From Bdellovibrionota bacterium (GTDB lineage Bacteria > Bdellovibrionota_G > JALEGL01 > DATDPG01), in NCBI GenBank assembly GCA_963668355.1, contig OY764265.1, positions 1,184,001-1,248,000 of the forward strand: DNA of 64,000 bases, read 5' to 3'. The notes under the pieces are model-generated. The model was not told the DNA's origin. It saw nothing but the letters and a program-made list of their open reading frames with translations, and made no database searches. This document shows, in pieces, positions 35,989 to 47,429 of the stretch. Made by a program: the position numbers and the translations under genes. Position 1 is the stretch's first letter; each line of letters opens with the position of its first letter.

Positions 35989-38568
35989 ATGCGCTTAGAC
36001 AAACTCACACTCAAAAGCCAAGAAGCCTTGGAGCAAGCGGGACGTCTGGCCGAAACAAGCCAACATCCCGAAATTAAACCGGAACATCTTCTTTCCACCT
36101 TGCTCATGCAAACCGAGGGCGTGGTGCCGCCATTGCTCAACAAATTGGGTGTTTCGTTATCCAATATCCAAAGTGCTTGCGAGCAAGCGCTGAAGCAACT
36201 TCCAAATGTTTCCGGAGCCACGGCTGCGCAAGGGTTAAGTCCTGCTTTGCGAAAGGTTCTTGAGACCGCTTTTGATGAAGCCGGGAAGCTGAAAGATGAA
36301 TTCATTTCTACCGAACATCTCCTCATGGGACTGGTGAGTGAATCCGGGGATCGTGCGAAAGAAATTCTAAGGGGGGAAGGTGTCACGAAAGATCAAATCT
36401 TAAAAGCCTTGCAGGATCTTCGTGGAAGCCAGAAAGTGACGGATCAAAACCCCGAAGGCAAATATCAGGCCCTTCAAAAATATGCTCGAGATCTAACCGA
36501 GGTCGCACGCCAGAAGAAACTCGATCCCGTCATCGGCCGAGACGCAGAAATTCGACGAGTGGTTCAAGTCCTTTCGCGACGAACCAAAAACAATCCCGTC
36601 TTGATTGGAGAACCCGGAGTTGGAAAAACCGCCATTGTGGAGGGACTCGCGCAACGAATTGTTTCTGGAGATATTCCCGAAACGCTGCGGGGAAAACGAG
36701 TGGTTTCTCTCGACTTGGGTGCCCTCATCGCCGGAACGAAATATCGCGGAGAATTTGAAGATCGTTTAAAGGCAGTTCTAAAAGAAATTCAACGAGCCGA
36801 AGGAGAGATTGTTCTGTTCATTGACGAACTTCACACCTTGGTGGGGGCGGGTGGAGCGGAAGGTGCCGTCGATGCATCCAATTTATTGAAACCCGCTTTG
36901 GCGCGTGGAGAATTAAGATGCGTCGGAGCGACTACGCTCAAAGAATATAAAAAATACATTGAAAAAGACGCGGCCTTGGAGCGTCGATTCCAACCCGTGT
37001 ATACCGGAGAGCCCTCCCCCGAAGACACCATCGCCATTTTACGAGGCTTGAAAGAACGGTACGAAGTTCATCATGGCGTTCGAATTCAAGATAGTGCCAT
37101 TGTTGCTGCGGCGGTTTTATCAAATCGCTACATTACGGATCGATTTCTTCCCGACAAAGCCATTGACTTGATTGACGAAGCCGCAAGTCGACTTCGGATT
37201 GAAATTGATTCAGTCCCTCAAGAAATCGATGAGTTGCAACGAAAAATGGTTCAACTTGAAATTGAGCAAACCGCCCTAAAGAAAGAAAAAGATAAAACGT
37301 CCAAGGAGCGCTTAAAGTCCATTGAAGGAGAAATCTCGAATTTGAGAGAACAAGTAACTCACCTTCGGGCTCAGTGGCAGAGTGAAAAAGACGCCATCGT
37401 TAACAATCAAAAGTTAAAAGAAGAAATTGAACGAACGCATAACGAAATCGAAATCACAGAACGAGATGGCAATTTAGATCGAGCGGCTGAATTAAAGTTC
37501 GGAACCTTACCGAGATTGCGAAAAGAATTGGAAGAGGGTGATGCGCGGGTAGCAGAGATTCAGAAAAATTCGCGCATGCTTAAAGAAGAAGTGGAGGAAG
37601 AAGACATTGCTTTCGTGGTTTCCTCGTGGACAGGAATTCCCGTTTCACGAATGTTGGAAAGCGAAAAAGAAAAGCTTCGATTCATGGAAGATCGTTTACG
37701 AGATCGTGTAATCGGACAAGATGAAGCTCTTAAAACCGTTTCCAATGCGGTTCGAAGATCCCGCGCGGGCCTCAGTGATCCGACGCGTCCCATCGGCTCC
37801 TTCATTTTTTTGGGTCCGACAGGTGTTGGGAAAACCGAAACGGCAAGGGCTTTGGCTCAGTTCTTGTTCAATGATGAGTCCGCTATGGTTCGCTTGGATA
37901 TGTCTGAATTCATGGAAAAACACTCCGTGGCGCGCCTGATTGGTGCCCCTCCGGGATATGTGGGCTATGAAGAGGGTGGCTATTTGACGGAAGCTATTCG
38001 ACGAAGGCCGTATGCGGTCATTCTTTTTGATGAAATCGAAAAAGCTCACCCCGATGTATTCAATGTCCTTTTGCAGGTGTTGGATGATGGTCGATTGACC
38101 GATGGTCAGGGAAGAACGGTCGATTTCCGAAATACGGTCCTGATCATGACATCCAATCTGGGAAGCCAGATGATTTTGGAAAGCGATACTCGAAATCGAA
38201 AGGAGCTTCAAAGCAATATCGACCAGCTCCTGCACCAAGCCTTCAAACCTGAATTTCTGAACCGCGTGGACGACATCGTAATCTTCAACAATTTAGGCAA
38301 AGAACAAATTCGCAATATTGTCGAGATTCAATTGAACCAACTTACGACACGATTGCTCGAAAACGGCCTGCACGTGGAATTTACCGAGGCCGCCAAACAA
38401 AAATTGGCGGATCTTGGATATGACCCCCTGTATGGCGCACGCCCTCTCAAGCGAGCCATTCAAAAACATTTGGAGAACCCTCTGGCTGAGAAAATTCTCG
38501 ATGGCGAAGTCGATCAAACCAAACCGATTGTCATTGAGGGGTCTGATTCGGGCGTTACATTTAAATGA
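35989..38568 (+). CDS. clpB: ATP-dependent chaperone ClpB
   Basis: [17 protein letters not shown], coiled-coil middle domain, [31 protein letters not shown]. Confidence 0.98.
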   Translation: MRLDKLTLKSQEALEQAGRLAETSQHPEIKPEHLLSTLLMQTEGVVPPLLNKLGVSLSNIQSACEQALKQLPNVSGATAAQGLSPALRKVLETAFDEAGKLKDEFISTEHLLMGLVSESGDRAKEILRGEGVTKDQILKALQDLRGSQKVTDQNPEGKYQALQKYARDLTEVARQKKLDPVIGRDAEIRRVVQVLSRRTKNNPVLIGEPGVGKTAIVEGLAQRIVSGDIPETLRGKRVVSLDLGALIAGTKYRGEFEDRLKAVLKEIQRAEGEIVLFIDELHTLVGAGGAEGAVDASNLLKPALARGELRCVGATTLKEYKKYIEKDAALERRFQPVYTGEPSPEDTIAILRGLKERYEVHHGVRIQDSAIVAAAVLSNRYITDRFLPDKAIDLIDEAASRLRIEIDSVPQEIDELQRKMVQLEIEQTALKKEKDKTSKERLKSIEGEISNLREQVTHLRAQWQSEKDAIVNNQKLKEEIERTHNEIEITERDGNLDRAAELKFGTLPRLRKELEEGDARVAEIQKNSRMLKEEVEEEDIAFVVSSWTGIPVSRMLESEKEKLRFMEDRLRDRVIGQDEALKTVSNAVRRSRAGLSDPTRPIGSFIFLGPTGVGKTETARALAQFLFNDESAMVRLDMSEFMEKHSVARLIGAPPGYVGYEEGGYLTEAIRRRPYAVILFDEIEKAHPDVFNVLLQVLDDGRLTDGQGRTVDFRNTVLIMTSNLGSQMILESDTRNRKELQSNIDQLLHQAFKPEFLNRVDDIVIFNNLGKEQIRNIVEIQLNQLTTRLLENGLHVEFTEAAKQKLADLGYDPLYGARPLKRAIQKHLENPLAEKILDGEVDQTKPIVIEGSDSGVTFK

Positions 38569-38712
38569 TGTTTAACAGGGCCTGGAGCATATTCGAGATT
38601 CGAACGTAGACCGAAAATCGTACCCGCTCGAAAACGCTAACGAGCGAAAATTAAATGAAATTCTTTTGGCATGGTTTGTGGTTAGGATCAGGCCGTATTA
38701 GTATTTCGAACA

Positions 38713-40266
38713 ATGGAGTTTTCAACCATGGACATCGAGAAGGTTCTCCGGGATTCCTTTGGGTTGCGGAAGTTCCGACGTGGGCAGTTGGAGATTATTT
38801 CGTCGATCTTGGCCGGACAAGACACGTTGGCGGTCATGCCCACGGGTGGAGGAAAATCGTTGACCTACCAACTTCCCTCGATTCATTTGAAGGGGATTAC
38901 GGTGGTCGTGACACCTTTAATTTCACTCATGCGCGACCAAGTATCGGCGCTGGAGCAAATTGGCGTACCGGCAGGGTGCATTCACTCGGGTCAAACTTCG
39001 CGAGAAAAGAAGAACACGTTTCAAGCCATGGAAAACAGCCAGAGCTTTCTCTTATATGTTTCTCCAGAACGGGTGCAGATGGATGGCTTTCGTTCATGGG
39101 TTGAAGAGGCGCCCATTTCTCTTTTTGCGGTTGATGAGGCCCATTGTGTCTCTCAATGGGGACACGATTTTCGTCCGGAATACAGCCAATTGAATTTACT
39201 TCGAAAACTAAGACCTGAAATTCCTGTTTTGGCTCTCACGGCCACTGCCACGCCAGAAGTTCTGAAAGATATAGAAACGCAATTGGCGCTCAAGGATCCA
39301 AAGCGTCATGTGTACGGCTTTTATCGTCCCAATTTATTTTATCAGGTTGAGTTTTGTCAGGCGGAAGAAGAAAAGCTTGGCTACATCCTTCAGGCAATTG
39401 AGAGCAATCCTTCGGGGCGAATCATCATTTATGCGGGAACACGAAAAAAATGTGAAGAGCTGGGTCAAATTCTGGGGGCAAAAGACCCCTCGGTTCGTTT
39501 TTATCACGCCGGCTTATCCAACGAAGACCGTGAGCATATTCAAGACCAATATGAAAAAGGGGGCATTCGCACGCTGATTGCGACAAATGCATTTGGAATG
39601 GGTGTGGACCATCCGGATGTTCGTCTCGTCGTGCACTATCAAATTCCGGCCAATATCGAATCGTTTTATCAAGAAGCGGGTCGGGCGGGCCGAGATGGAA
39701 AACACTCAACGTGTTTATTGCTCTATTCCAAGAAAGATAAGGGACTACAGTCTTTTTTTATTCGAGAAAGCAAAGCGCCACCTTGGATCAAGCGGAACAA
39801 GTGGAACACGCTAGACGCCCTAATTCACTTTGTTGAGGGTGGGGAATGTCGACACGGTGGAATTTTGACATACTTTAAAGATACAGAGCGAATCCAGCGC
39901 TGTGGGCATTGCGATGTCTGTGTTCCGGACTCTCCGCGAAAAATCTCCGCACGGGATGTGGAAACGTCTCGTTTAAAAGCGGTTCAACGACCTAAAAAGA
40001 GATCTCGAAAGAGTAAGCCCCCAAAACCGATTGTGGCTTCGGGGCCTCTTACCCTTGAAGAGAAAGAACGCATGCGGGATATTCGCATTTGGCGAAAGGC
40101 GTATGCAGACTCAAAAGATATTCCCGCTTTTTTGGTGTTTAGCAATAAGACCTTGGAAGACTTGGCACGAAAAAATCCCAGCTCACTTGAAGAATTGATC
40201 CAAGTATATGGAATGGGGCCGTACAAAGTGGAACGGTTTGGCCGCGCACTTCTCAAAGCTCTCTAG
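38713..40266 (+). CDS. recQ: RecQ-family DNA helicase with Zn-binding and HRDC domains
   Basis: [53 protein letters not shown] ([11 protein letters not shown]). Confidence 0.93.
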   Translation: MEFSTMDIEKVLRDSFGLRKFRRGQLEIISSILAGQDTLAVMPTGGGKSLTYQLPSIHLKGITVVVTPLISLMRDQVSALEQIGVPAGCIHSGQTSREKKNTFQAMENSQSFLLYVSPERVQMDGFRSWVEEAPISLFAVDEAHCVSQWGHDFRPEYSQLNLLRKLRPEIPVLALTATATPEVLKDIETQLALKDPKRHVYGFYRPNLFYQVEFCQAEEEKLGYILQAIESNPSGRIIIYAGTRKKCEELGQILGAKDPSVRFYHAGLSNEDREHIQDQYEKGGIRTLIATNAFGMGVDHPDVRLVVHYQIPANIESFYQEAGRAGRDGKHSTCLLLYSKKDKGLQSFFIRESKAPPWIKRNKWNTLDALIHFVEGGECRHGGILTYFKDTERIQRCGHCDVCVPDSPRKISARDVETSRLKAVQRPKKRSRKSKPPKPIVASGPLTLEEKERMRDIRIWRKAYADSKDIPAFLVFSNKTLEDLARKNPSSLEELIQVYGMGPYKVERFGRALLKAL

Positions 40267-40301
40267 CCCGATTGCTTCAGGAGCAAAGGGTCGCATTCGG
40301 C

Positions 40302-42035
40302 CTAGTCTTTGATGTCTCCTAGGGCCAAACCTTCTCCCCGTGGATCTGAAACTCCGTGCAAGATTTGTTGTTCTTTGGCGACGGCTTGAACCCTACAGCC
40401 ATAGTCTTTTTTGTGAATTTTATATCCCATTTGTTTCAGACGTTGACGTACTTCTGGCGTAAACGAAGGGGATTCCACACGAATCTCGTCGGGATACCAT
40501 TGATGGTGGTATCGCATGGCACTGATGGCTTGAAATAAAGGCATTTCATATTCAACGTAGTTTAGAAAAGAATGAACCACGCAGGTGATGATTCGAGGTC
40601 CGGAAGGAGAGCCCAAAGCCAGAATGGGAGTGCTGTTTTGAAATACAAGAGTGGGGGACATGCTGCTTAAAGGCCTTTTCTTTGGAGAGATCGAATTTGC
40701 AGATCCTCCCAACACACCAAACATATTCGGAGCTCCGGGCTTGGCCGAAAAGTCATCCATCTCATTGTTTAAGAAAAATCCCGCTTTCGAAACGAGAACG
40801 CCGGACCCAAACCAACCATTGATGGTTTGCGTGGTGGAGATGGCATTTCCCTGACCATCCATGAGACTCAAATGGGAGGTTTCGGTGGACTCGGGGAAGA
40901 GAAGCTTTCCGGCTCGAACTTCAGCAGAAGGGTGGGCCGTGTTTTCGAAGATTCTCTGGCTTATGGATCTTGCGTAACGTTTCGAGATCAGTTTTTGGGT
41001 GGGAACATCGACAAAATCTGGATCTCCCAGGTATTTGGCTCGGTCAGCGAAGGCCTGTTGCATGGCTGCAGCCGTGAAATGAATGGCTTGGGGAGAGGCT
41101 GAACCCAGGAAGCGGAGATTTTTGTCTTCAAGAATATTGAGGATTTCCAGGACATGAATGCCCCCCGAACTTGGGGGAGGCATCGAAGCCACTTCATATC
41201 CATGATAGCGCCCCATGACCGGTTCGCGCCATTTGACCTTATAGTTTTGCAGATCTTGGAGCGTTAAGAGTCCACCCAATTTCTTTTGTTCATCGACCAA
41301 GGCTTTGGCCACCCAACCCTCGTAAAAGCCTCGCGCACCCTTTTTCGCGATTTCCCCCAAGGTTTTGGCCAAGGCTGGTTGTCTTAAAAGTTCACCGGTT
41401 TTTCGAGGCGTACCATCCTGATGAAGAAGCAATTTTTGTGTGGCCGAAAAATTTTTGAAATCTTTCTGAGTTTCGAGAATGGCTTGGCTCAAATGAGGAT
41501 AAATGGTGAAGCCCTTTTGCGCGACTTCAATGGCTGGCTGCATAATTTTCGAAAGAGGTAGTTTCCCAAAACGTTGATGAATCTCCAACAAACCAGCGAC
41601 CAAGCCAGGGACAGCTACTGCATAGGGTCCAATTTGAGACTTCTTGGAAAGAACCTTTCCCTCGGGAGATTGAAACATGGTTTGGGTAGCTGCGGCGGGC
41701 GCCATTTCCCGGAAATCCAGGGCGTATGTTTTCTTCGATTCGGCATTGTGGAAAAGCATGAAGCCTCCTCCGCCGAGGCCCGTGGATTGCGGCCTCTCCA
41801 CAGAGAGAACAAACGAAGCTGCGACCGCGGCATCCACTAGGTTTCCACCTTGTTCAAAAATTTTTCGGGCCGTTTGGGATGTGAGCTTTCCTTGAGAGGC
41901 CACCATGAAATGACGACCATAGGCTTCATGACGAGTAACGTCCTCTCGGGCAGGAACGTGAGCTTTGGTGAGTGTGTGGGGAGCGCACCCGACAATCAGG
42001 CCCAAAAAAACGACACACAAAAAAAGTCTTTTCAT
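40302..42035 (-). CDS. ggt: Gamma-glutamyltransferase (lipoprotein)
   Basis: GGNLVDAAVA, GLGGGGF, DFREMAP, TSHLS nucleophile, LNNEMDDF, PLSSMSP; lipobox LIVGC from ATG 42035. Confidence 0.95.
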   Translation of the reverse strand: MKRLFLCVVFLGLIVGCAPHTLTKAHVPAREDVTRHEAYGRHFMVASQGKLTSQTARKIFEQGGNLVDAAVAASFVLSVERPQSTGLGGGGFMLFHNAESKKTYALDFREMAPAAATQTMFQSPEGKVLSKKSQIGPYAVAVPGLVAGLLEIHQRFGKLPLSKIMQPAIEVAQKGFTIYPHLSQAILETQKDFKNFSATQKLLLHQDGTPRKTGELLRQPALAKTLGEIAKKGARGFYEGWVAKALVDEQKKLGGLLTLQDLQNYKVKWREPVMGRYHGYEVASMPPPSSGGIHVLEILNILEDKNLRFLGSASPQAIHFTAAAMQQAFADRAKYLGDPDFVDVPTQKLISKRYARSISQRIFENTAHPSAEVRAGKLLFPESTETSHLSLMDGQGNAISTTQTINGWFGSGVLVSKAGFFLNNEMDDFSAKPGAPNMFGVLGGSANSISPKKRPLSSMSPTLVFQNSTPILALGSPSGPRIITCVVHSFLNYVEYEMPLFQAISAMRYHHQWYPDEIRVESPSFTPEVRQRLKQMGYKIHKKDYGCRVQAVAKEQQILHGVSDPRGEGLALGDIKD

Positions 42036-42538
42036 AGTTTCTTCATCCTCTCCCGTCTTCGACGTTCGGTCTTGCTCAATTTTTTCCCTTTTCGAGGTTG
42101 GGACTTTTGGGTACCGAAAAACTCCTCTTCTCTTCCTTCCATCCAAGGTTCTTTTTCCTCGACCGATGGTTGGGCGCTTGGCTTTTGAAGGCGCTGCAAG
42201 AACTCCTGGACTTCCATAAAGGTTGCGTGCGCGCGGGTGGCTGCTTTTTGTACGCGACGGTCACTGGAAACGACAATCCAACTTCCAGCGTCGGGCTTTT
42301 CCAACACGTCCTCAATCTCCTCATCAGCAGTGATGGTAAGTGGCGTAAACCAAACATTCACGCCCCCTGTTCGCGAGCGCTCCCCCCAATAGGTCCCATC
42401 GTGTGTCCCATCAAACACGATCGTAATGTCTAGGTTCTTTGCTTTTCGATACTTGGACAACGCGAGAAGCAGGGCATCTCGGTCGGCATAGTCAGAGGCG
42501 GTGAGAAGATTGTAGCCATCTATGAGAACCTTAGTCAT
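42032..42538 (-). CDS. NYN-domain (YacP/Rae1-like PIN-fold) ribonuclease
   Basis: VLIDGYNL, IVFDG, TADEEI, VVSSDRRV. Confidence 0.85.
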   Translation of the reverse strand: MTKVLIDGYNLLTASDYADRDALLLALSKYRKAKNLDITIVFDGTHDGTYWGERSRTGGVNVWFTPLTITADEEIEDVLEKPDAGSWIVVSSDRRVQKAATRAHATFMEVQEFLQRLQKPSAQPSVEEKEPWMEGREEEFFGTQKSQPRKGKKLSKTERRRRERMKKL

Positions 42539-42553
42539 TCATGAAAAAAGGGT

Positions 42554-44260
42554 TTAGATTTCAAAATCCAGTCCAGAGGGTTTTAAAATTCTCAAAAACC
42601 CCGCCAGCGTTGCTTTGATGTCTGAAATGGTTTCAGGATTTTTTGGGCGATACGTGACCTTAGAAATATCACCGGTTTTATCGTAGGAAACATCAATGGA
42701 TCCAATGAATTTCTTTTTCAGATGTTTTTCGATTTTTCGTGGCTTTCCAAAACGACTATACGAAAACGTAATTTTTTCACCCTTCTGATTGGTCATGGTT
42801 TCCACTTTTCCATGAGACTCATAAATGAGTTTGATGAATTCCTTGTTTGAAGTTCGGGCGAACGTCAAGTTTCCATATTGATCATAAATGAAGCGCATTT
42901 CAGTGCCATCTGGACCTTTAATTTTAGACACGTGATTGTGCTTGGGTTCGTAGGTGAACTTTGTGATCCCGCCAGAAGCATCCTTTTTCGAAATGAGTTT
43001 TCCTTCTTTGTCGTAGGAAAACTCTTCGCCAACGCCCTTTCCATCCTTAATCGAAAGAGGCTTCGAACAACACTCCGATACAATGGTGATGGTCTTTTTG
43101 CCATCTTTATCAATGAAGACGATTTTGTTTTCGGAATCGGTGTACTCGAACCGGCTTTTTCCGTCTGAATTGTCGGTTACTTCGGCCCATCGGGTTTTCC
43201 CATTCTTCCCGTATTTATATTTTGTAATCTTTTTCCCAGGGCCTTTTTGCTGCGTGACAAATCCACTCTTCTTGTCATATGTAATTTCCGTTTCGACGCC
43301 ATCGCTAAAAACCAGCTTCTGCATTCGTCCCCGTTTGTCGTATGAAAAACGCGTTTGTTCTCCTTCCAAGGAGACAGAAGACACCAAGTTGTCATTTTTG
43401 TCATATTGATAGGAGAGACGCCGAGAAAGAGAATCTGTGATGGTGGTGATTTTTCCGGAGGGGCTATAGGAAATTCGAAAGAATTGACCACAGCTGTCAG
43501 AAACCCGTGACAGGCGGCTCTGTGCATTATGTTCAAACTTCAAAAAGTTTTCATTCCGATCTGAAATTCGAACCAATTGACCGAGCTTGTTGTATTCTTC
43601 GGTTCGACCTGTTTCCGCGGTACGAATGTATCCGGATTTGCTTACGGTGATGAAGGTTCTGCCACGTTTTTCAGATACATATTTCCCTTCTAAAGGAAGG
43701 TTGGTTTCTTTAGGCAGATACCGTTTTTTTTGTTTTTCGAAAAAATCGTCTTCGTTTTTCAGGCGTTTTGCATATTTTTTGTAGAACGCTCGCCCTTTTC
43801 CATCCGGCTTTTTGTAGTATTTAATGTCCTGTTTGCGGCGGGTTTGAAGAATCTTTTTGATGACCTCGACTCTATTTTCGGTCGTTTCATTTACAGGAAC
43901 GTATTCATTTAAAAACCCATCGGCCTCCATCACTTTCAGGGTTTTGCCTTGTCCCACGATGATTTGAATGTCGTAGTTGAACGTCCATCCCTTTCCAAAG
44001 GGACCGTTCCGCGTGGAAATACTGTTATAGGATCGATAAACCTCTAGGGGAAAACCAAAACAAGCCAAATAGTAGTCCTGAACGGGCAAATAAAAATTCC
44101 CATTTCGAACATTTACGGGATCTGGGGCGTGATGGACGTAGAGATAGTCTCCGGGGCGACCTTGCCCCAAGTTTGGAGATGCCGAGAGATGGGTGGAAAA
44201 ACATGCAAGGACAATGAGAAATATATTCAGAAAACGCACACTACGATTATTGTGTGCCAC
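42554..44260 (-). CDS. Secreted RHS/YD-repeat protein, Bd0109-like, without toxin C-terminus
   Basis: Signal peptide; DPVNVRNGN..RSYNS..GPFGKGW N-domain; many YD repeats; ends LRILKPSGLDFEI. Confidence 0.85.
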   Translation of the reverse strand: MAHNNRSVRFLNIFLIVLACFSTHLSASPNLGQGRPGDYLYVHHAPDPVNVRNGNFYLPVQDYYLACFGFPLEVYRSYNSISTRNGPFGKGWTFNYDIQIIVGQGKTLKVMEADGFLNEYVPVNETTENRVEVIKKILQTRRKQDIKYYKKPDGKGRAFYKKYAKRLKNEDDFFEKQKKRYLPKETNLPLEGKYVSEKRGRTFITVSKSGYIRTAETGRTEEYNKLGQLVRISDRNENFLKFEHNAQSRLSRVSDSCGQFFRISYSPSGKITTITDSLSRRLSYQYDKNDNLVSSVSLEGEQTRFSYDKRGRMQKLVFSDGVETEITYDKKSGFVTQQKGPGKKITKYKYGKNGKTRWAEVTDNSDGKSRFEYTDSENKIVFIDKDGKKTITIVSECCSKPLSIKDGKGVGEEFSYDKEGKLISKKDASGGITKFTYEPKHNHVSKIKGPDGTEMRFIYDQYGNLTFARTSNKEFIKLIYESHGKVETMTNQKGEKITFSYSRFGKPRKIEKHLKKKFIGSIDVSYDKTGDISKVTYRPKNPETISDIKATLAGFLRILKPSGLDFEI

Positions 44261-44377
44261 GCAGAAAAGTCAATGGATTCACTCAGATGAGAGCGCATTA
44301 CGCGTGTCCGTGTTTGGCCTGCGTTCTGGGACATTTCTCACTGACCAAGGGCGCTAATTTATGTTACAGGTCATAAT

Positions 44378-45520
44378 GTGAAGAAAATCAGTCGGTTCGA
44401 GATCAAAGAAACCGTGGGGGCAGGTGCAATGTCCACCGTTCATCGAGCCATTGATTCCGCCAGCGGCGAGATCGTCGCGATCAAACTTCTTCATCCCCAC
44501 CATATCTCCAGCGACCTGGAAAAAAGGTTTAAACGCGAAGCCAAGGCGCTTTTGGCCCTGAAACACCCAAATATCATTCAGATTCGCGAATTCGGCATGA
44601 GTGAAGAGGGCCAGCATTTTTCGGTGTGGGACTTTGAAGACGGGCAGACGCTCTCTTCTTTTATTGAAAGGGAACGTAGGATTCAACCTGACTTAGCGGC
44701 CATGATGATTTTAGAGCTGGGAAGGGGGGTCAACGCGGCGCATGAGCTGGGGATCATTCATCGCGATTTGAAGCCAGCCAACATCTTGGTGAATAAACAA
44801 GGTCAACTCAAGATATCGGATTTTGGTTTGATGCATTTCAAAGATAACGCGGAGTTTACGAAACCCGGAACCCGCGTTGGATCTCCGGCGTTCATGTCAC
44901 CGGAGCAAATTCGAGGCGTACGTCCCACTTCTGCCATGGATGTTTTCAGCTTGGGAGTGATTTTTTATTTATTGCTCACAGGAGAGCTTCCTTTCAAAGG
45001 AAAAACGCGCAAAGAAACCTTTGAACTCATTCGGAATGGGTTGCCCCAGACGCCATCCAGCTTGGTTCCACATGTCCCTGAAACGCTTTCCGAACTTTGT
45101 TTGGCCATGTTGGGAAAAGGTTCTGAGAAGAGGATTACCCACGCATCCGATTTGGTTAACCGTTTGGAAAAGCATTTGGATCGGGTGGGTTTGGAGCCAC
45201 ACGCTTCGCTTCTGGAGGAATATTTGCTTCACCCGAGAGACAAGTGGGAGGACATTCGGCGTGAACTTTTAAATACATATCTTCGGATTGGAAAGACATC
45301 GATCCAAACGAATCAAAGCGAAATGTCTTTGGACATTTTAAGGATGATTCTTTTTCTTACCGGAGTGGCCGATCAGCCCAGTCAGTTTCCCGATGATTTG
45401 CTGCCTACGAAGAAAGTGACCGTTTCACCTCCAAAAAAGAAGAGCCTTCTTTTTTGGGTTCTTTGGGTTTTGGGTTTGGTGTTTGGCTTTGCTCTCTTGG
45501 GATGGCTAGGGCTAGCTTGA
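44378..45520 (+). CDS. Hanks-type Ser/Thr protein kinase with C-terminal TM anchor
   Basis: GAGAMSTV, VAIK, HRDLKPAN, DFG, GSPAFMSPEQ, DVFSLG. Confidence 0.95.
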   Translation: MKKISRFEIKETVGAGAMSTVHRAIDSASGEIVAIKLLHPHHISSDLEKRFKREAKALLALKHPNIIQIREFGMSEEGQHFSVWDFEDGQTLSSFIERERRIQPDLAAMMILELGRGVNAAHELGIIHRDLKPANILVNKQGQLKISDFGLMHFKDNAEFTKPGTRVGSPAFMSPEQIRGVRPTSAMDVFSLGVIFYLLLTGELPFKGKTRKETFELIRNGLPQTPSSLVPHVPETLSELCLAMLGKGSEKRITHASDLVNRLEKHLDRVGLEPHASLLEEYLLHPRDKWEDIRRELLNTYLRIGKTSIQTNQSEMSLDILRMILFLTGVADQPSQFPDDLLPTKKVTVSPPKKKSLLFWVLWVLGLVFGFALLGWLGLA

Positions 45521-47413
45521 CCATTCATTTAGAAATCTTGAAAAAGCGGTGCACGTAGGTTCGATTTGCATCCCCAATTTGAGATTCATCTTAGCCGTAT
45601 CCAACTTACCCTCTTTTTGAGCCATCAAAGCCAGTTGCAAATATTTTTTTGCTTGAAGCGTTTGAGGTTCGTCGGAGGTTGTTTCCTTGGCCTGTGGAGA
45701 GGCGGGTGAAGACATTTTCAACAGACTCTGGTCGTAGCTTTGACGCTTCGATGGATTTTTGAGCGTCATATACGCTTCGACCATTCGTTTGTAGATGTCT
45801 TTAGCTTGGGTTTTGAGCTCTTCGTTCGTCGTCTGGAAAAAACGATCAGGGTGGAAGTATTTCGTGCATTGACGGTAGGCGGCTTGAATATCTTTAGGGG
45901 AAGCTTTTTGGGAAACACCAAGCATTTCGTAGAAATTCTTTTTGGGCTGAAGTCGAAGAATTCTGGGTATTGCAATCGGGCCCGCTACATGGGGGGCAAT
46001 GTCACGAAGTCTTTGGTGAGATTGAAAAGACCAGGGATTGAGCTGAAGGGCTCTAGAAAACGCCTCAGTAGCTTTTTCCGGTCGGTTCAATAACAGCATC
46101 CAATTTCCCAGGGATTCAAAAATCTCGAAATGGGTAGACTTTCTTTTCAGCGCTTCCTGAATCCATTTCAACGCTTTGTCTCTTGCCAGTGTGTCTTTTC
46201 CGTTGCTTGTTTTTAGTAGCAATCGTGTGAACGCAGCGATGATCGAATCAGAGTTGGGAAGACTCTTTAACCCGCGCTCATAGATGGATAAGGCCACTTG
46301 AAAATTATTCTCGTCCTCTTTTTGCTTTCCCGAAATCAAAATGTCCCGCTCTTGAACTTCTGCGCTCTCGATGTGCACGCTGCCGGTTTTTCCTTTGGCG
46401 ACCAAAAAGTCATACTCTTTGCGTTTAAGGGGGTCGCACAGGACTTGCAAAGCTTCCACGATACTTTTGAGAAGCTCTTCAAGAATAGATTTTTCGTGGG
46501 TTTGAAAAAGTTGTTCGTGAGAAGGGTTGGCCAAAAACTCCAGTCGAGCGTTTCCTTTCTCTTGGATCGCGGAGGGCGTGTCGTTATTCGAAACTTCCAG
46601 CCATTCATAGTACGTGGTGGAGGCCATGTTTTTGTGCAACGCCAAAAGCTCTTGGCGGATTCTCAAGGCATCCGGAGAGAGAGAGGCTTCAAAGTTTCGT
46701 TGCTCTACTTCAGAGGCATCCTCGAGGGAAATGAGATGAGCCAACGAAAAGGCATGCAAAAGACGTCGAATTTTTTCCTCTCCGATGAAGCTGGACTCAA
46801 AAACCTCGCGCACGTCGTCATTGTCTCGAACGACCGTTAACAAGCCCCGTTCCTCTGCATCCAAAGGCAGGGGGGAAAGCTTCTTCTCGATTTTTTCGTC
46901 CACAAAAATTTTATTTTCGGGAGTGAGCCTGGGGTTTAAAGCGCTGAGTTGTTCCGGCGTTAAGGCCTGACACCCTTCGATGAGAAATCGAATACCCTCC
47001 AGAAGAAAGGTCGCATTGGGTTTAGGCTCTTGTTCTTGAAACAGGCATTTACTCAGAGACATCCGTCCCAATTGGCCGGCCAGCATGGAAACCCATTTGG
47101 ATCGGTATTCGCCCAAGGGACCCGCTTCGAGATTCGCCAATTGTGTCACGATTCCCCAAAGATTGGCCTTTGGGACAGCCATTTGAGAAAAGAAAACTTG
47201 GGTTTGTTCGCTGGAAAGAACGCCCAATTTTTCCAAAAATGGGCCCGGGAGTTCACTTTTCGCATTGGTCGATGCGGCTACACAATGGCCTTCCTGAAAT
47301 TGGAATTGTCGGATGATCCGCTCGTGTTGAATTCGAATCAATCCCGTTTTCTGGAATGCAATGACCTCTCCAACGAAAACGAGGGGTTTTTGTTGTGTTT
47401 CGGTGGGTGTCAT
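45512..47413 (-). CDS. J-domain co-chaperone with TPRs and a second degenerate J-domain
   Basis: NFYEMLGV..AYR..FHPDRF..Y..L..P.KR..YD; upstream TYYEWLEV..L.DP.KRKEYD without HPD; TPR-like helices. Confidence 0.85.
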   Translation of the reverse strand: MTPTETQQKPLVFVGEVIAFQKTGLIRIQHERIIRQFQFQEGHCVAASTNAKSELPGPFLEKLGVLSSEQTQVFFSQMAVPKANLWGIVTQLANLEAGPLGEYRSKWVSMLAGQLGRMSLSKCLFQEQEPKPNATFLLEGIRFLIEGCQALTPEQLSALNPRLTPENKIFVDEKIEKKLSPLPLDAEERGLLTVVRDNDDVREVFESSFIGEEKIRRLLHAFSLAHLISLEDASEVEQRNFEASLSPDALRIRQELLALHKNMASTTYYEWLEVSNNDTPSAIQEKGNARLEFLANPSHEQLFQTHEKSILEELLKSIVEALQVLCDPLKRKEYDFLVAKGKTGSVHIESAEVQERDILISGKQKEDENNFQVALSIYERGLKSLPNSDSIIAAFTRLLLKTSNGKDTLARDKALKWIQEALKRKSTHFEIFESLGNWMLLLNRPEKATEAFSRALQLNPWSFQSHQRLRDIAPHVAGPIAIPRILRLQPKKNFYEMLGVSQKASPKDIQAAYRQCTKYFHPDRFFQTTNEELKTQAKDIYKRMVEAYMTLKNPSKRQSYDQSLLKMSSPASPQAKETTSDEPQTLQAKKYLQLALMAQKEGKLDTAKMNLKLGMQIEPTCTAFSRFLNEWSS

Positions 47414-47429
47414 GTCATGCGAAGTCTAT

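Noticed and set aside
38667..38685. TGGCATG as a possible sigma54 -24 box upstream of recQ
   Set aside because: No TTGC -12 element at the required spacing
40595..40612. GGTCCGGAAGGAG resembling the SRP RNA loop
   Set aside because: Lies inside ggt coding sequence (SPSGP codons on the opposite strand) with no SRP stem
42032..44260. RHS + NYN as a toxin/immunity or split-toxin pair
   Set aside because: The RHS protein lacks the cleavage motif, and the NYN protein looks like an ordinary cytoplasmic YacP-like RNase
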